From the IMG/VR virus record IMGVR_UViG_3300036773_000110, positions 3,913-67,912 of that record: a stretch of 64,000 nt of DNA; one strand, given 5' to 3'. This document shows, in pieces, positions 43,866 to 52,553 of this stretch; position 1 is the stretch's first letter, and every line of letters begins with the position of its first letter. The DNA is from a virus. Its lineage: Duplodnaviria; Caudoviricetes. A program made the translations under genes and the position numbers. The notes beneath the pieces were generated by a model. That model had not been told where the DNA came from. It worked only from the letters and a program-made list of their open reading frames with translations, and made no database searches.

Positions 43866-44708
43866 GTGAGCGAAAAGCCGACGAAGACCGGGGTCAGCGC
43901 GGCCATGCTCCGGATGATGGAGCAGGTAGCGCGAGGAGAGGTGATCACCAAGCGGCCGACGATGCAGGCGCTGATTCGGCGTGGTCTGGTCGAGGCGGCG
44001 TGGGACGGGGCTGTGGTGTGCTGGATGCACCCGTCCCTGACGGAGGCCGGTGAGGCTGCCGTGGGCGCGGAGCGGCTCGCCGAGATCGCTGCCGAGGTGG
44101 CCGCTGCGCGTGTTGCGGAGCAAGAGGAACGCGACCGGCGGGCAGCGGCAGACAAGGAGCGCGCGGAGCGCCTGGCGAGCGCGCCCGCGCCGCCGTCGAG
44201 AGCCGAGCGTCCTCGGGTCGTGGCTTCGCGGGTGTCGGGGCAGCTGAAGCGGGCCGGGTGGAATCCGGGGTATCAGGACAAGGACGTGGACGGCCTGCAA
44301 ATCCACCAGGTTCAGAACTACGAGGTCCGCGCCACGTTCCGCCGCTCCGACCATCCCTCGGCGGACCTTGCGGAGACCGCCGACGAGCTGGTGCGCACCT
44401 TGCGCTGGCTCGGGTACACGGCTGAGATCTCGGGTGAGCCGAGCACGACCCGGGCCAGCGTGCGCGTCACGCTCGGGTCGCGTGTGGAGCGCACTCAGCA
44501 CTCATTCGAGAAATGCCCGCTGTGTGACCGGCCTCGGCAGCCGCTGCTGAAGGTCCGGGATGGCGTGTGGGTCTTCTCAACCCACAAGTGGCTGGACCGG
44601 GTCACGCCTTGTGAGGGCTCGCGCCTGACGCCCGAGCAGGCCCAGGCCATGGCCGACGGTCGCGCCCCCAGCCCCGGGCATCGGCTGACGGCAGAGCAAG
44701 ACCGGTGA
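43866..44708 (+). CDS. Hypothetical multi-domain protein (cassette 13): winged-helix-like N-terminus, C-terminal Cys/His zinc motif
   Basis: AGGAGG RBS; TMQALIRRGLV...LTEAG; CPLC...H...C. Confidence 0.7.
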   Translation: MSEKPTKTGVSAAMLRMMEQVARGEVITKRPTMQALIRRGLVEAAWDGAVVCWMHPSLTEAGEAAVGAERLAEIAAEVAAARVAEQEERDRRAAADKERAERLASAPAPPSRAERPRVVASRVSGQLKRAGWNPGYQDKDVDGLQIHQVQNYEVRATFRRSDHPSADLAETADELVRTLRWLGYTAEISGEPSTTRASVRVTLGSRVERTQHSFEKCPLCDRPRQPLLKVRDGVWVFSTHKWLDRVTPCEGSRLTPEQAQAMADGRAPSPGHRLTAEQDR

Positions 44709-44750
44709 CCGTCCTAACAGGATGAATGCAACGAACGAAGGAGGAGGAAA

Positions 44751-44966
44751 GTGGTACGGAGTAGCAACGACCCGGACAAGAAGTATCCCGAACTGACGGC
44801 CGGTGAAGTCCAGGATTGCGCGGTGGAGGTCAACTGGAACAAGCGAATGCTCCTGGAGAGCCGCCGACAGACCGTGGTCCTGACGGAGATCCGGGATCTC
44901 CTCCAGGGCAACGACGGCAAGCTGGAGCAGATCCGCGAGCACTTCGAGAACTGGGTGGTTCAGTGA
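44751..44966 (+). CDS. Hypothetical protein
   Basis: AGGAGGAGG RBS. Confidence 0.65.
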   Translation: MVRSSNDPDKKYPELTAGEVQDCAVEVNWNKRMLLESRRQTVVLTEIRDLLQGNDGKLEQIREHFENWVVQ

Positions 44967-45556
44967 AGGGCGGCGCGACCGAGGCGGCGGAGCCGAACCT
45001 GACCGAGCTTCAGCGGACTGTGCTGCTGGCCATGGCGGGTCATGGCGGCACGTGGCCGGAGAGTTCAGGGGGCGGGCGGTGGAACTGGAACAACGTATCC
45101 GGAACCCGGCAAATCATGGAGGCACTAAGGAAGAAGGGAGCCGTCGAGCACGTCGAGCACGTCGGGTTCGACAGGTACGAGATGTCGCCCGTCGGGTGGG
45201 CGCTGGCCAAGAAGGGAACGCAAGGAGACGCAACGTCAGCCCAGGCAGCTGAGACAGCCATCGGTAAGCCGCGAGTTCACCGCCAGGACACCCACGAGCT
45301 GAACGCGGACATCGTCAAGGGGCCCATTGCCCAGGATGCCAACGGCCACGAGTTCCGCATTGACCACGTCTACGTCAGGTGGACTCGCGTGGACGGGAAG
45401 TGGTGGAGCCTCTGGGATTGCAACCTTGCAGGGCCCCGCATCCTCAAGTCCGGCAAGGAGTCGGAGACCCTGCGGGGCAAGTGGGAGGTTAGAGAAGAGA
45501 CGATTCCGGACTGGCTGGCACCGTGGCTGAAGGAGAACGGACCCCCGGCGAGCTGA
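44963..45556 (+). CDS. Hypothetical protein with winged-helix-like N-terminus
   Basis: LTELQRTVLLAM...TRQIMEALRKKGAVE...YEMSPVG; GTGA overlap. Confidence 0.6.
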   Translation: MKGGATEAAEPNLTELQRTVLLAMAGHGGTWPESSGGGRWNWNNVSGTRQIMEALRKKGAVEHVEHVGFDRYEMSPVGWALAKKGTQGDATSAQAAETAIGKPRVHRQDTHELNADIVKGPIAQDANGHEFRIDHVYVRWTRVDGKWWSLWDCNLAGPRILKSGKESETLRGKWEVREETIPDWLAPWLKENGPPAS

Positions 45557-45560
45557 CCGA

Positions 45561-46295
45561 GTGTTCCGGTTCCGGCGCGCACCCTGTCCGGGGTGCGGGT
45601 CCGGTGTCGGCGCAGTCACCGAACAGCGAGGGAGAAGCCTGTTGTCTATCAAGGGATTTCGGGTCGCGGGGAATGTCTTGACGTTCTTCGATGGCACTGA
45701 CCATGCCGTGGAGGCAAGGAAGCCGTACAACCCCGAGGAGGACGAGCGGGTGACGCTGCTGCGGCATCTGTTCGGTCTGAAGCCTCGGAGTGACGACGCG
45801 GTGTGGGTCACGGGCCTGACGGCCGGGGAACTCGATCTTCTTGCGGAGATGGCGGAGAACCTCGCCGACGTCGCCAACGGGAACAGGACGATGGAGCCGA
45901 GCGAGCGGGGTGAGCTTCTGGCCGCGCGCGCCGTGATGAAGAACTGCGCGAAGCTACGTGACAGCGCGCCGACAGTGTCCAGAATCGTCCCGACGGCGGA
46001 GCCGGAGCGAGTACCGGAGCCGGTCGAGCTTGACCCGCTCGTGGAACTGCTCCGCCTGGCGGACAAGTCCTATTCGGAGGCCCACGATGCGGCGTCCCGC
46101 GCCGGGGAGCTGCGGCAAGCGATCCGCCGTTCGAGGGACGAGAAAATCGCGCAGCTCGCGCATCTTTCACCGGCTCCTACGAACGAGCAACTCGGGGCGA
46201 TGTTCGATATCGACCCTTCGCAGGTCAGCCGCATAATTTCTGCGCAAACGCGACGAAATTCCGGACGCTCCGATGTCAACCTCCAGATGGGCTAG
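45561..46295 (+). CDS. Protein with C-terminal HTH
   Basis: TNEQLGAMFDIDPSQVSRIIS; start uncertain (possibly TTG near 45642). Confidence 0.65.
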   Translation: MFRFRRAPCPGCGSGVGAVTEQRGRSLLSIKGFRVAGNVLTFFDGTDHAVEARKPYNPEEDERVTLLRHLFGLKPRSDDAVWVTGLTAGELDLLAEMAENLADVANGNRTMEPSERGELLAARAVMKNCAKLRDSAPTVSRIVPTAEPERVPEPVELDPLVELLRLADKSYSEAHDAASRAGELRQAIRRSRDEKIAQLAHLSPAPTNEQLGAMFDIDPSQVSRIISAQTRRNSGRSDVNLQMG

Positions 46296-46529
46296 CCCAA
46301 CCGGGGCGGCGCCGCGACGCAGGCGAAACCACGGAACGTAGCCACTGAACATCACTGAAATGGACCAGTGCTTTACGGTAGAAATTTCCGAGATGAGCCC
46401 TTAGCGTCGCTATGCATGTTGCAACGTGACGCGACTCACTGCGACTAGTGCGGTAGGGCGTGACGCGGGGAGCGGGCCGGGGGTGGAGTCCGAACCTGTT
46501 GTGCAACAACGAGAAATACGAGAATTGGA

Positions 46530-47078
46530 GTGCTCATGACGGCAGTCGCCGTGGAAACCCATTACCCGACCGAAGAGCGGATTCGTTTCGTAGGTCAGAA
46601 ACTGGCCAAGCGCATGAAGGATGGCGGCATGACGTACGGGCTGCTGGCCGACGATTGGGGCGTCAGCGTGGGAACCGTGCGGAACGCGTTCTACTGGCCC
46701 ACGCCGAAGACTGTCCCTCCGGCGGATCGGATTGAGGCAACCGAAAAGGCTCTCGATCTGCCGCCTGACACGTTGCTTGACCAGTACTACGTGGAGCGCA
46801 TCAATCCGGCCTACTGGAACGGGGAGCCGGAGCCGGAGCCGGAGCAGCCGACGAAGCCGGGTAGGAAGAAGACGAGCGCCGCCTTGAGCATGGCCCCGCC
46901 GCCGAAGGCGCAGCCCGTCATCGTCGTCCCGCCGGTCCCGGAAGACGCGCTCGCGAGCCCGCTGCGGCGGCGCCTGATGCAGCTGGAGCACGTCCTGGTC
47001 GGCTTGGCTCCGCTGATCGCGGACGCGGCCGGGGTGGACGCTGACCAGCTCATCGCCGACATGGGCATCAAGGACTAG
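46530..47078 (+). CDS. XRE/Cro-like HTH regulator
   Basis: GMTYGLLADDWGVSVGTVRNA...IEATEKALDLPPDTL. Confidence 0.7.
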   Translation: MLMTAVAVETHYPTEERIRFVGQKLAKRMKDGGMTYGLLADDWGVSVGTVRNAFYWPTPKTVPPADRIEATEKALDLPPDTLLDQYYVERINPAYWNGEPEPEPEQPTKPGRKKTSAALSMAPPPKAQPVIVVPPVPEDALASPLRRRLMQLEHVLVGLAPLIADAAGVDADQLIADMGIKD

Positions 47079-47086
47079 GAGTCACA

Positions 47087-47419
47087 GTGAGAGTCTTGCT
47101 GTTTCTCGCGACGTTGTCGGTGATCGTGTGGTGCATCGTCGGAGCGGCGCTGACGCCGGACATGGTGACGGTGTCCGGCGAGGCTTGGGCTTCGTGCGAG
47201 ACCCTGGCGGGACGCCTGACGCCGACAGTGTCCGATGAGGACGGCAGGGCGCTCGGTGGTTCAGCCCGGATGAGTACGACCCAGGCGGGCGGCCGGTGCG
47301 TCGGCCGGTTCGACGTGTCGGGTGTTCCGGAGCGTGACCGGTATGTCGTCGCGGTGGGCCCGATGTCGGCTCCCGTGCCTCGGGGTGCGGTCGCCACGGT
47401 CGAGCTGTCCGGCAGCTAG
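47087..47419 (+). CDS. Exported or membrane-anchored small protein
   Basis: Hydrophobic N-terminus; two Cys. Confidence 0.55.
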   Translation: MRVLLFLATLSVIVWCIVGAALTPDMVTVSGEAWASCETLAGRLTPTVSDEDGRALGGSARMSTTQAGGRCVGRFDVSGVPERDRYVVAVGPMSAPVPRGAVATVELSGS

Positions 47420-47420
47420 G

Positions 47421-47594
47421 TCAATCGAGATCTTCTCCGGGGAGCACTGACCACGATGGACGCGACGGGCGGAAGCCCAGTTCGAACTGACCTCCGCTTG
47501 CCGCTCCCGTCTCGTCGTCCTGCTCTTCGGGCTCGGGTCCGCGCAGCTCGATGGAGAGCAGTTCCGTCCCCAGCACGGTGATCGTGAACCTCAT
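47421..47594 (-). CDS. Small hypothetical protein
   Basis: MRFTITVLGTELLSIEL... Confidence 0.4.
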   Translation of the reverse strand: MRFTITVLGTELLSIELRGPEPEEQDDETGAASGGQFELGFRPSRPSWSVLPGEDLD

Positions 47595-47626
47595 ATGGCA
47601 TTCGCAACTTCGAGGGAGTGGAAGAC

Positions 47627-48076
47627 ATGGCGCAGTCACCGTCCAAGGTGGACGAGACCGATGTTGATGCGTATCTGGAGGAGTACCCGGTGTTCCGGCT
47701 CTGCCGTGCGCGTCGCCACCGGTGGCCCGATCCTGTGACCAGTGTCCGAGACATCAGCGGGACGTGGGACAGGGTCCTGGACGCGGAGCCTGGGGAGCCG
47801 AACGCAATCCTCATGGTCGAGTGTGAGCGCAGATGTGGGTGCACGTTGATCAAGCTCGGGATGGCGGACCTGAAGGCCCAGACGTTCGAGGTTGTAGACG
47901 TGCGGCTGCTGTACCCCGATGACTACCTGGTGAAGGGCACTCGGATCGTGCCCGCACAGGCCGAGGCGTCGCTTGCGCTGTCGCACTTCCAGCTCTTGGC
48001 CGAGCGGGACAAGCCGAGGAAGGCTCCAGCGGCTCAGGCCAAGAAGGGGTCCCCTCGTCTGCGGGCTGTGGTCTGA
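47627..48076 (+). CDS. Hypothetical protein with Cys/His motifs
   Basis: LCRARRHRWP, CERRCGC; GGAG RBS. Confidence 0.65.
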   Translation: MAQSPSKVDETDVDAYLEEYPVFRLCRARRHRWPDPVTSVRDISGTWDRVLDAEPGEPNAILMVECERRCGCTLIKLGMADLKAQTFEVVDVRLLYPDDYLVKGTRIVPAQAEASLALSHFQLLAERDKPRKAPAAQAKKGSPRLRAVV

Positions 48077-48077
48077 C

Positions 48078-48311
48078 ATGGCCGAAGGCGAGTTCAGCCA
48101 CCGCCGAAGATCCCATTCGAACCTGGTGGCCGCGTTGCTGCGGGGGGCCGAGCTGCCCGGCAGGGTCGAGACGCCGTCGCGTTCGGACGGAGGCGTGACG
48201 ACCGTGCGGGAGTTCGAGGCGGCGAGCGCCGCCGAGGTGGAGGAGATCGTGCGCGTGGGCCTGGTCGGCTTCGCTCGCGTGGAGTTGGTCCTGGCGATCA
48301 CCTGGGCCTGA
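48078..48311 (+). CDS. Hypothetical protein
   Basis: ATG directly after upstream stop. Confidence 0.5.
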   Translation: MAEGEFSHRRRSHSNLVAALLRGAELPGRVETPSRSDGGVTTVREFEAASAAEVEEIVRVGLVGFARVELVLAITWA

Positions 48312-48474
48312 GAGGGGAAGCCGGGCGATTTTGCGCAGGGAGTACCTGGGCGAAACCGTACCATCGTGCACACCGCTGCGCATCGCCCGGCCCTCGGATT
48401 TTCCTAGCTGCGGAAGCTGTTTCCGTCTTACCGAGTCGCATTTCGTTGCAATTCATTGCGGTTGGAGGTTCGTC

Positions 48475-48762
48475 GTGCCCGAAAGCGACGACCCGCTGAA
48501 GCGCACGGAGCCTCGGGTACGTTGGCTGCGCGCCATTGCCCGACGGGAGTTCTGGTGTGTGCTGATGCCCACGGCGCGCGGGCCGAGGTGGTTCCCGGCC
48601 GGAGTGCCGGGGGCGGCCGACACGTGGTTGTTGCGGGAGGCGGTCACCGACATGTGGACCTCAGTGCGCACCACGGAGGCCGTGATCGGGAGGCCGTACC
48701 CGATGAAGCTGACCGCCGTCGGCGTGGCCCGGTTGCGTGAGTGGTGGCCGCCGGACCTATGA
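48475..48762 (+). CDS. Hypothetical protein
   Basis: GGAGG RBS; ends MKLTAVGVARLREW. Confidence 0.55.
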   Translation: MPESDDPLKRTEPRVRWLRAIARREFWCVLMPTARGPRWFPAGVPGAADTWLLREAVTDMWTSVRTTEAVIGRPYPMKLTAVGVARLREWWPPDL

Positions 48763-48855
48763 CTTGCCGGGTGTCCTGACACACCCGGCTGCCCTGGTGG
48801 CGCCCGGTTCCCACAGGGGGGCACCGGGCGCCCCTCTACTCGAACGGATCGACCC

Positions 48856-49656
48856 ATGAACCTGTCCGACCTGTCGCCGAACTTCGTCGTCGTCGCTGGC
48901 GATTGGCACCGGAACCTTCGCTGTAGCACCGCTGTGGCCGCCCGCCTGCCGGTGCTGCTGCCGGACGAGATGCCGCGCGTAGTGGTGCACGTCGGAGATT
49001 TCGGCATCGCGACCAACCAATATGGACAGGAGTACCTGACCACCTTGACGCGCGCGCTGGCCGACGTGGACGCCTACTTGCTGTTCGTGGACGGCAACCA
49101 CGAGAACCATGCTTTCCTGCGCGAGCTGGCGAAAGGACACGCCGACGGGGAGCCGGTCGAGGTCACCAAACGAATCTGGTGGCTGCCGCGCGCCATCCGG
49201 TGGAGCTGGCACGGGAACGCGTGGCTGGGCCTCGGGGGCGCGGTGTCGGTGGACCGCGTGTTCCTCCGCCTCGGCGTCGAGTGGTGGCCGGAGGAGGAGA
49301 TCAGCGACGCCGAGGCCGCCGCCGCCGCGCAGGGCGGCCACGCTGATGTCATGGTGTGCCACGACCGGCCCGCTTTCGCGCCGCTCGTGCTGCCCCCTCC
49401 ACCGTCCGCGTGGCGGCAGGGCGATCTTCTCCGGTCGGAGATGCACCGCCAGCGCCTCCAGGCGGTGACGGAGCACGTGAAGCCTCGGCTCCTGGTGCAC
49501 GGGCACTACCACTACGAAGACGACACGGTGATCTCCGCGCCGTGGGGGCAGCTCCACGTGACCGGCCTCGACCGCGACGGCGGCCCGGGGGCGAACGTCC
49601 GCGTCCTGAACGCGCGGACGCTGGCGTGGGTCCGGCCCGAGCGGAAAGCGGCATGA
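48856..49656 (+). CDS. Calcineurin-like metallophosphoesterase
   Basis: GDWH, GDFG, GNHE, CHD and HGHYH motifs. Confidence 0.9.
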   Translation: MNLSDLSPNFVVVAGDWHRNLRCSTAVAARLPVLLPDEMPRVVVHVGDFGIATNQYGQEYLTTLTRALADVDAYLLFVDGNHENHAFLRELAKGHADGEPVEVTKRIWWLPRAIRWSWHGNAWLGLGGAVSVDRVFLRLGVEWWPEEEISDAEAAAAAQGGHADVMVCHDRPAFAPLVLPPPPSAWRQGDLLRSEMHRQRLQAVTEHVKPRLLVHGHYHYEDDTVISAPWGQLHVTGLDRDGGPGANVRVLNARTLAWVRPERKAA

Positions 49657-50060
49657 CCGACGACCGGCCGACCCTCATGTGCTACTCGCAGATGGCCTTG
49701 GCGAAGCTGCCGAGCACGGCGCGCACGTGCGCGCAATGCGGACGCGGCATCTGGGTCAGCCTGGCCATGACTCCCCGCGTGGATCAGGGCGCCATCCGTC
49801 CACTGTGCCCGCTGTGCATGAAGGCGTTCATGGACAGTCAGAAGGACGTGGAGTTCGAGATCGCCCCGGAGCAGGCCGACGAGCTGGCCCGGTGGGGCGT
49901 GCTCGGAGCGGCGGATCAGATGGTCACGGCCCTGAACGCGCGGTACCGGACCGGTCCCCGCTTCCGATGTCCGCGATGCGGGTTGGTGTCCTGGAATCCG
50001 AAGGACGTCGAGGCGGGCTACTGCGGGCACTGCCACGAGTGGACGAGACTGGACAGCTGA
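49653..50060 (+). CDS. Cys-rich zinc-binding protein
   Basis: CAQC, CPLC, CPRC and CGHCH; ATGA overlap. Confidence 0.7.
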   Translation: MTDDRPTLMCYSQMALAKLPSTARTCAQCGRGIWVSLAMTPRVDQGAIRPLCPLCMKAFMDSQKDVEFEIAPEQADELARWGVLGAADQMVTALNARYRTGPRFRCPRCGLVSWNPKDVEAGYCGHCHEWTRLDS

Positions 50061-50069
50061 CGTGCAGGT

Positions 50070-50456
50070 CTACCTCTGGGCCTTGCTGAGCCTCTGGCGG
50101 CGCTGGGCGGTGACGAAGTCGCGGAGGTCGGCGACGCGGTAGCGCGGGCCGTCCGGTGTCTCGACGACGGGCAGGCCCTTCTCCCGCCACGCATAGATGG
50201 TCCGCCGGGCCACGCGCATCTCTTCGGCCGCCAGATCGGCGGTGAGCAGGTCCAGGGGTTCGTGGGTGCTCACGGCCGGGAGGACCCACGTTTGGCCGAC
50301 AGCGGCCATCTTGGCGTCCATCTCGGTGCACACGTCGGGAGCTGCCGTCTGGAGCGCCTGCCGGTATGCCTGCGCGACACGGCGGGCACGGTCCAATGTG
50401 GTGTCGGCGGCCCAGGGCCACACCCCGAGCCGGCTGTTGATCACAGGTTTGGTCAT
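50070..50456 (-). CDS. MerR/HTH_17-type DNA-binding protein
   Basis: LLTADLAAEEMRVARRTIYAWREKGL...RYRVADL. Confidence 0.75.
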   Translation of the reverse strand: MTKPVINSRLGVWPWAADTTLDRARRVAQAYRQALQTAAPDVCTEMDAKMAAVGQTWVLPAVSTHEPLDLLTADLAAEEMRVARRTIYAWREKGLPVVETPDGPRYRVADLRDFVTAQRRQRLSKAQR

Positions 50457-51160
50457 GCGACGTTCAGCTGCCGGTCGGTCAGGGCGAGGCACAGGGTTTC
50501 GTACTCGGACCAGGTGTAGCGGCGGGCGCAGTCGCGGCACTCGATCAGCTCGCTGCCGTCTTCGCGTTCGAGCGCCATCGCTTCGCAGCGGGGGCATGGG
50601 ACGGGGAGCTGGTGCACGAGGCGGGTCTGCCCGAGGAACAGCCGCGCCTTGTGGCGCAGGCGGAGCATCTCCAGGGCCCCGTCCAGGCCGTCGCGGGAGA
50701 CGAGGACGCGGCGCCCGTACTCCCACCGGATGTGTTTCTCGTCGCGCAACGCCAGGAACGCTGACGGTGCGCCGGACAGGAGCGTGCAGGCGCGGTCGAG
50801 GTGCCAGCCGGGCCGGACGCGGCCGATGACCCGCCACTGGTGGTTGAGGACTGCGGCGACGCTGCCCGCCCACAGGCCGGTCTCGGTGACCATCTCTCGT
50901 TGGAGGGCTTCGACGTGCGGGCGCAGCGGGATCGGGAGTTCGCGGGTCATGCGAACCGGCTCCCCGCCGACCGTGGAGCCCTTCCCGATGATCAGGTTGA
51001 GCAAGGTGTAGTCGGCGGGGAGATCGACGATCGCGCGTGCGACGTGGCGCGCGCAGGTGTCGCACAACCCGGTGGCGGGGTTGATGTGCTTCCCGACCGT
51101 GCGGCCATCCACTTTTTCGTGGTCGGCGCAGTATTCCGCGCGGTAGCATCGATGTTCCAT
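50453..51160 (-). CDS. Zinc-finger protein, candidate late-gene regulator
   Basis: N-terminal C..C..C..C and C-terminal CPRC...CRDC; position at end of early operon. Confidence 0.6.
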   Translation of the reverse strand: MEHRCYRAEYCADHEKVDGRTVGKHINPATGLCDTCARHVARAIVDLPADYTLLNLIIGKGSTVGGEPVRMTRELPIPLRPHVEALQREMVTETGLWAGSVAAVLNHQWRVIGRVRPGWHLDRACTLLSGAPSAFLALRDEKHIRWEYGRRVLVSRDGLDGALEMLRLRHKARLFLGQTRLVHQLPVPCPRCEAMALEREDGSELIECRDCARRYTWSEYETLCLALTDRQLNVA

Positions 51161-51269
51161 TTCGCCCTCTTCCAGATTCGGGTAGCGTCGAACCTGATCG
51201 GACGTCGTATGGCTGCGCTTCCTGTCGAGAGGCTCCCCGGCTAGCACGGGGAGCCTCTTCTATGTGCGG

Positions 51270-51437
51270 CTAGCTTCTGTCGTCATCAGTCGCCTGTGAT
51301 CGCGCCCAGCACAACGTAATCGCGACAAGACCGAGCACCACCCACATCACCTGATGGTCGAATGTCCAGAGGGCCAGCCCGATCATGAATGCGGTGAACC
51401 CGATCGGCAAGGCACACCCGACCTCACACCGAGACAT
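51270..51437 (-). CDS. Small two-TM membrane protein
   Basis: Hydrophobic 55 aa. Confidence 0.5.
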   Translation of the reverse strand: MSRCEVGCALPIGFTAFMIGLALWTFDHQVMWVVLGLVAITLCWARSQATDDDRS

Positions 51438-51918
51438 CGCCGTCCCATGCACCGTATCCGGCGCGCAGGAGCAGCGGGACGAGATGCTGGAGCTGGAGCC
51501 GGACGGGGATGGTGACGGAGCTTCGGCGCAGCGGGCTGCCGAGGTCGCGCGTGGCGAGCTGCCCGAGGTCGCCGATGGGCAGCCACGCCCACCACTTGCC
51601 GGGGTCCGCTTTGCCGGGGCGCCGCTGGACCAGGACGCCGTAGTCGGCTCCGGCGGCCACGGCCTGCCCCTCGGTGTCGTTGAGCGCGGCGTCGATTTCC
51701 AGGTCGCTCAAGTCGGCCACGGCCTTCATCTGCCACACCAGGCCCGGCGTGCCCCGGACGTCGCCCCGGTCCTCGAACGCACGGCTGGGGGTCTTCCAGC
51801 CGGTGAGCACGGCGCGTTCGGCGTGGGGCCACCAGGTGCGCAGGAACTTCGCGAGGTCCCGTTCGGCCTGAGCACCCTTGGACCGGTTGGTCCGGCCGAT
51901 CTCAGCCGCTGTCTTCAT
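51424..51918 (-). CDS. Holliday junction resolvase-like PD-(D/E)XK nuclease
   Basis: NRSKGAQAERDLAKFL, DRGDV, WQMK. Confidence 0.75.
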   Translation of the reverse strand: MKTAAEIGRTNRSKGAQAERDLAKFLRTWWPHAERAVLTGWKTPSRAFEDRGDVRGTPGLVWQMKAVADLSDLEIDAALNDTEGQAVAAGADYGVLVQRRPGKADPGKWWAWLPIGDLGQLATRDLGSPLRRSSVTIPVRLQLQHLVPLLLRAGYGAWDGDVSV

Positions 51919-52132
51919 CGCTCTCCGTCCCCTCCTTGGCTTCTTCCAACACGTCCACGACGGCACGCGCCCACTTGTCCCGGGCGCGGTTGCTGTCTTT
52001 GAGCGCCTCGTGGATGCCGACGAGCGCGTGCGTCACGCTGCGCAGGTCGGTGGACAGGACGTGCAGGCTCGTGGCAACGGCCTTGGTGTCGCGGGCGATG
52101 CCTGCGAGCGCGCGATCGGATGCGTCGGTCAC
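51902..52132 (-). CDS. Small coiled-coil protein
   Basis: GTGA overlap; heptad pattern. Confidence 0.5.
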   Translation of the reverse strand: MTDASDRALAGIARDTKAVATSLHVLSTDLRSVTHALVGIHEALKDSNRARDKWARAVVDVLEEAKEGTESDEDSG

Positions 52133-52389
52133 CGGCCTCGCCGTGCCTTGTGCAGGAGGGAGGTCGGGGTGGTGCGGAAGACGTTCGCGAAGGCGTAGAG
52201 GTCGTCCACGTCGACCTTGCGGAGCCCGTGTTCGATGCGCAGCACGACCTCCGGCGACATGTATCGGCCGCGCTCGCTGACCAGACCGGCGACATCCCAC
52301 TGCGTCCAGCCGCGCGCCTTGCGCAGCCGGGCGAGGTGGAATCCGAGAGCCGTGGTGACCGGGCCCGGTCGATTCTGCTTGCATCCCAT
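52129..52389 (-). CDS. XRE-family HTH protein
   Basis: LARLRKARGWTQWDVAG...VVLRIEHGLRKVDVDDLYAFA. Confidence 0.85.
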   Translation of the reverse strand: MGCKQNRPGPVTTALGFHLARLRKARGWTQWDVAGLVSERGRYMSPEVVLRIEHGLRKVDVDDLYAFANVFRTTPTSLLHKARRGR

Positions 52390-52394
52390 CGGCG

Positions 52395-52553
52395 TTACTC
52401 CGCCTTCCGGGCCTTCTCGGCGGCCTGCTGCTCTGCGGCCAGGGCCATGACGGTTTCGCGCACGGAGCGGAGCACGCCGAGGCCGATGGTGACGCCGAGC
52501 AGCACGGCGTTGATCAGGCGAACGATTTCGCTCGCCTTGGTGACTTTCTTCAT
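52395..52553 (-). CDS. 52-aa single-TM peptide (not in ORF track)
   Basis: MKKVTKASEIVRLINAVLLGVTIGLGVLRSVRE...; fills gap in operon. Confidence 0.55.
   Translation of the reverse strand: MKKVTKASEIVRLINAVLLGVTIGLGVLRSVRETVMALAAEQQAAEKARKAE

Noticed and set aside
45575-45625. Possible 14th twin-hairpin element before ORF 45561
   Set aside because: One hairpin (CGCACCC/GGGTGCG) is present but the CC-N4-GG second hairpin and the spacer are missing
51424-51918. QMK instead of ExK as an inactivated resolvase
   Set aside because: QxK variants occur in active PD-(D/E)XK nucleases
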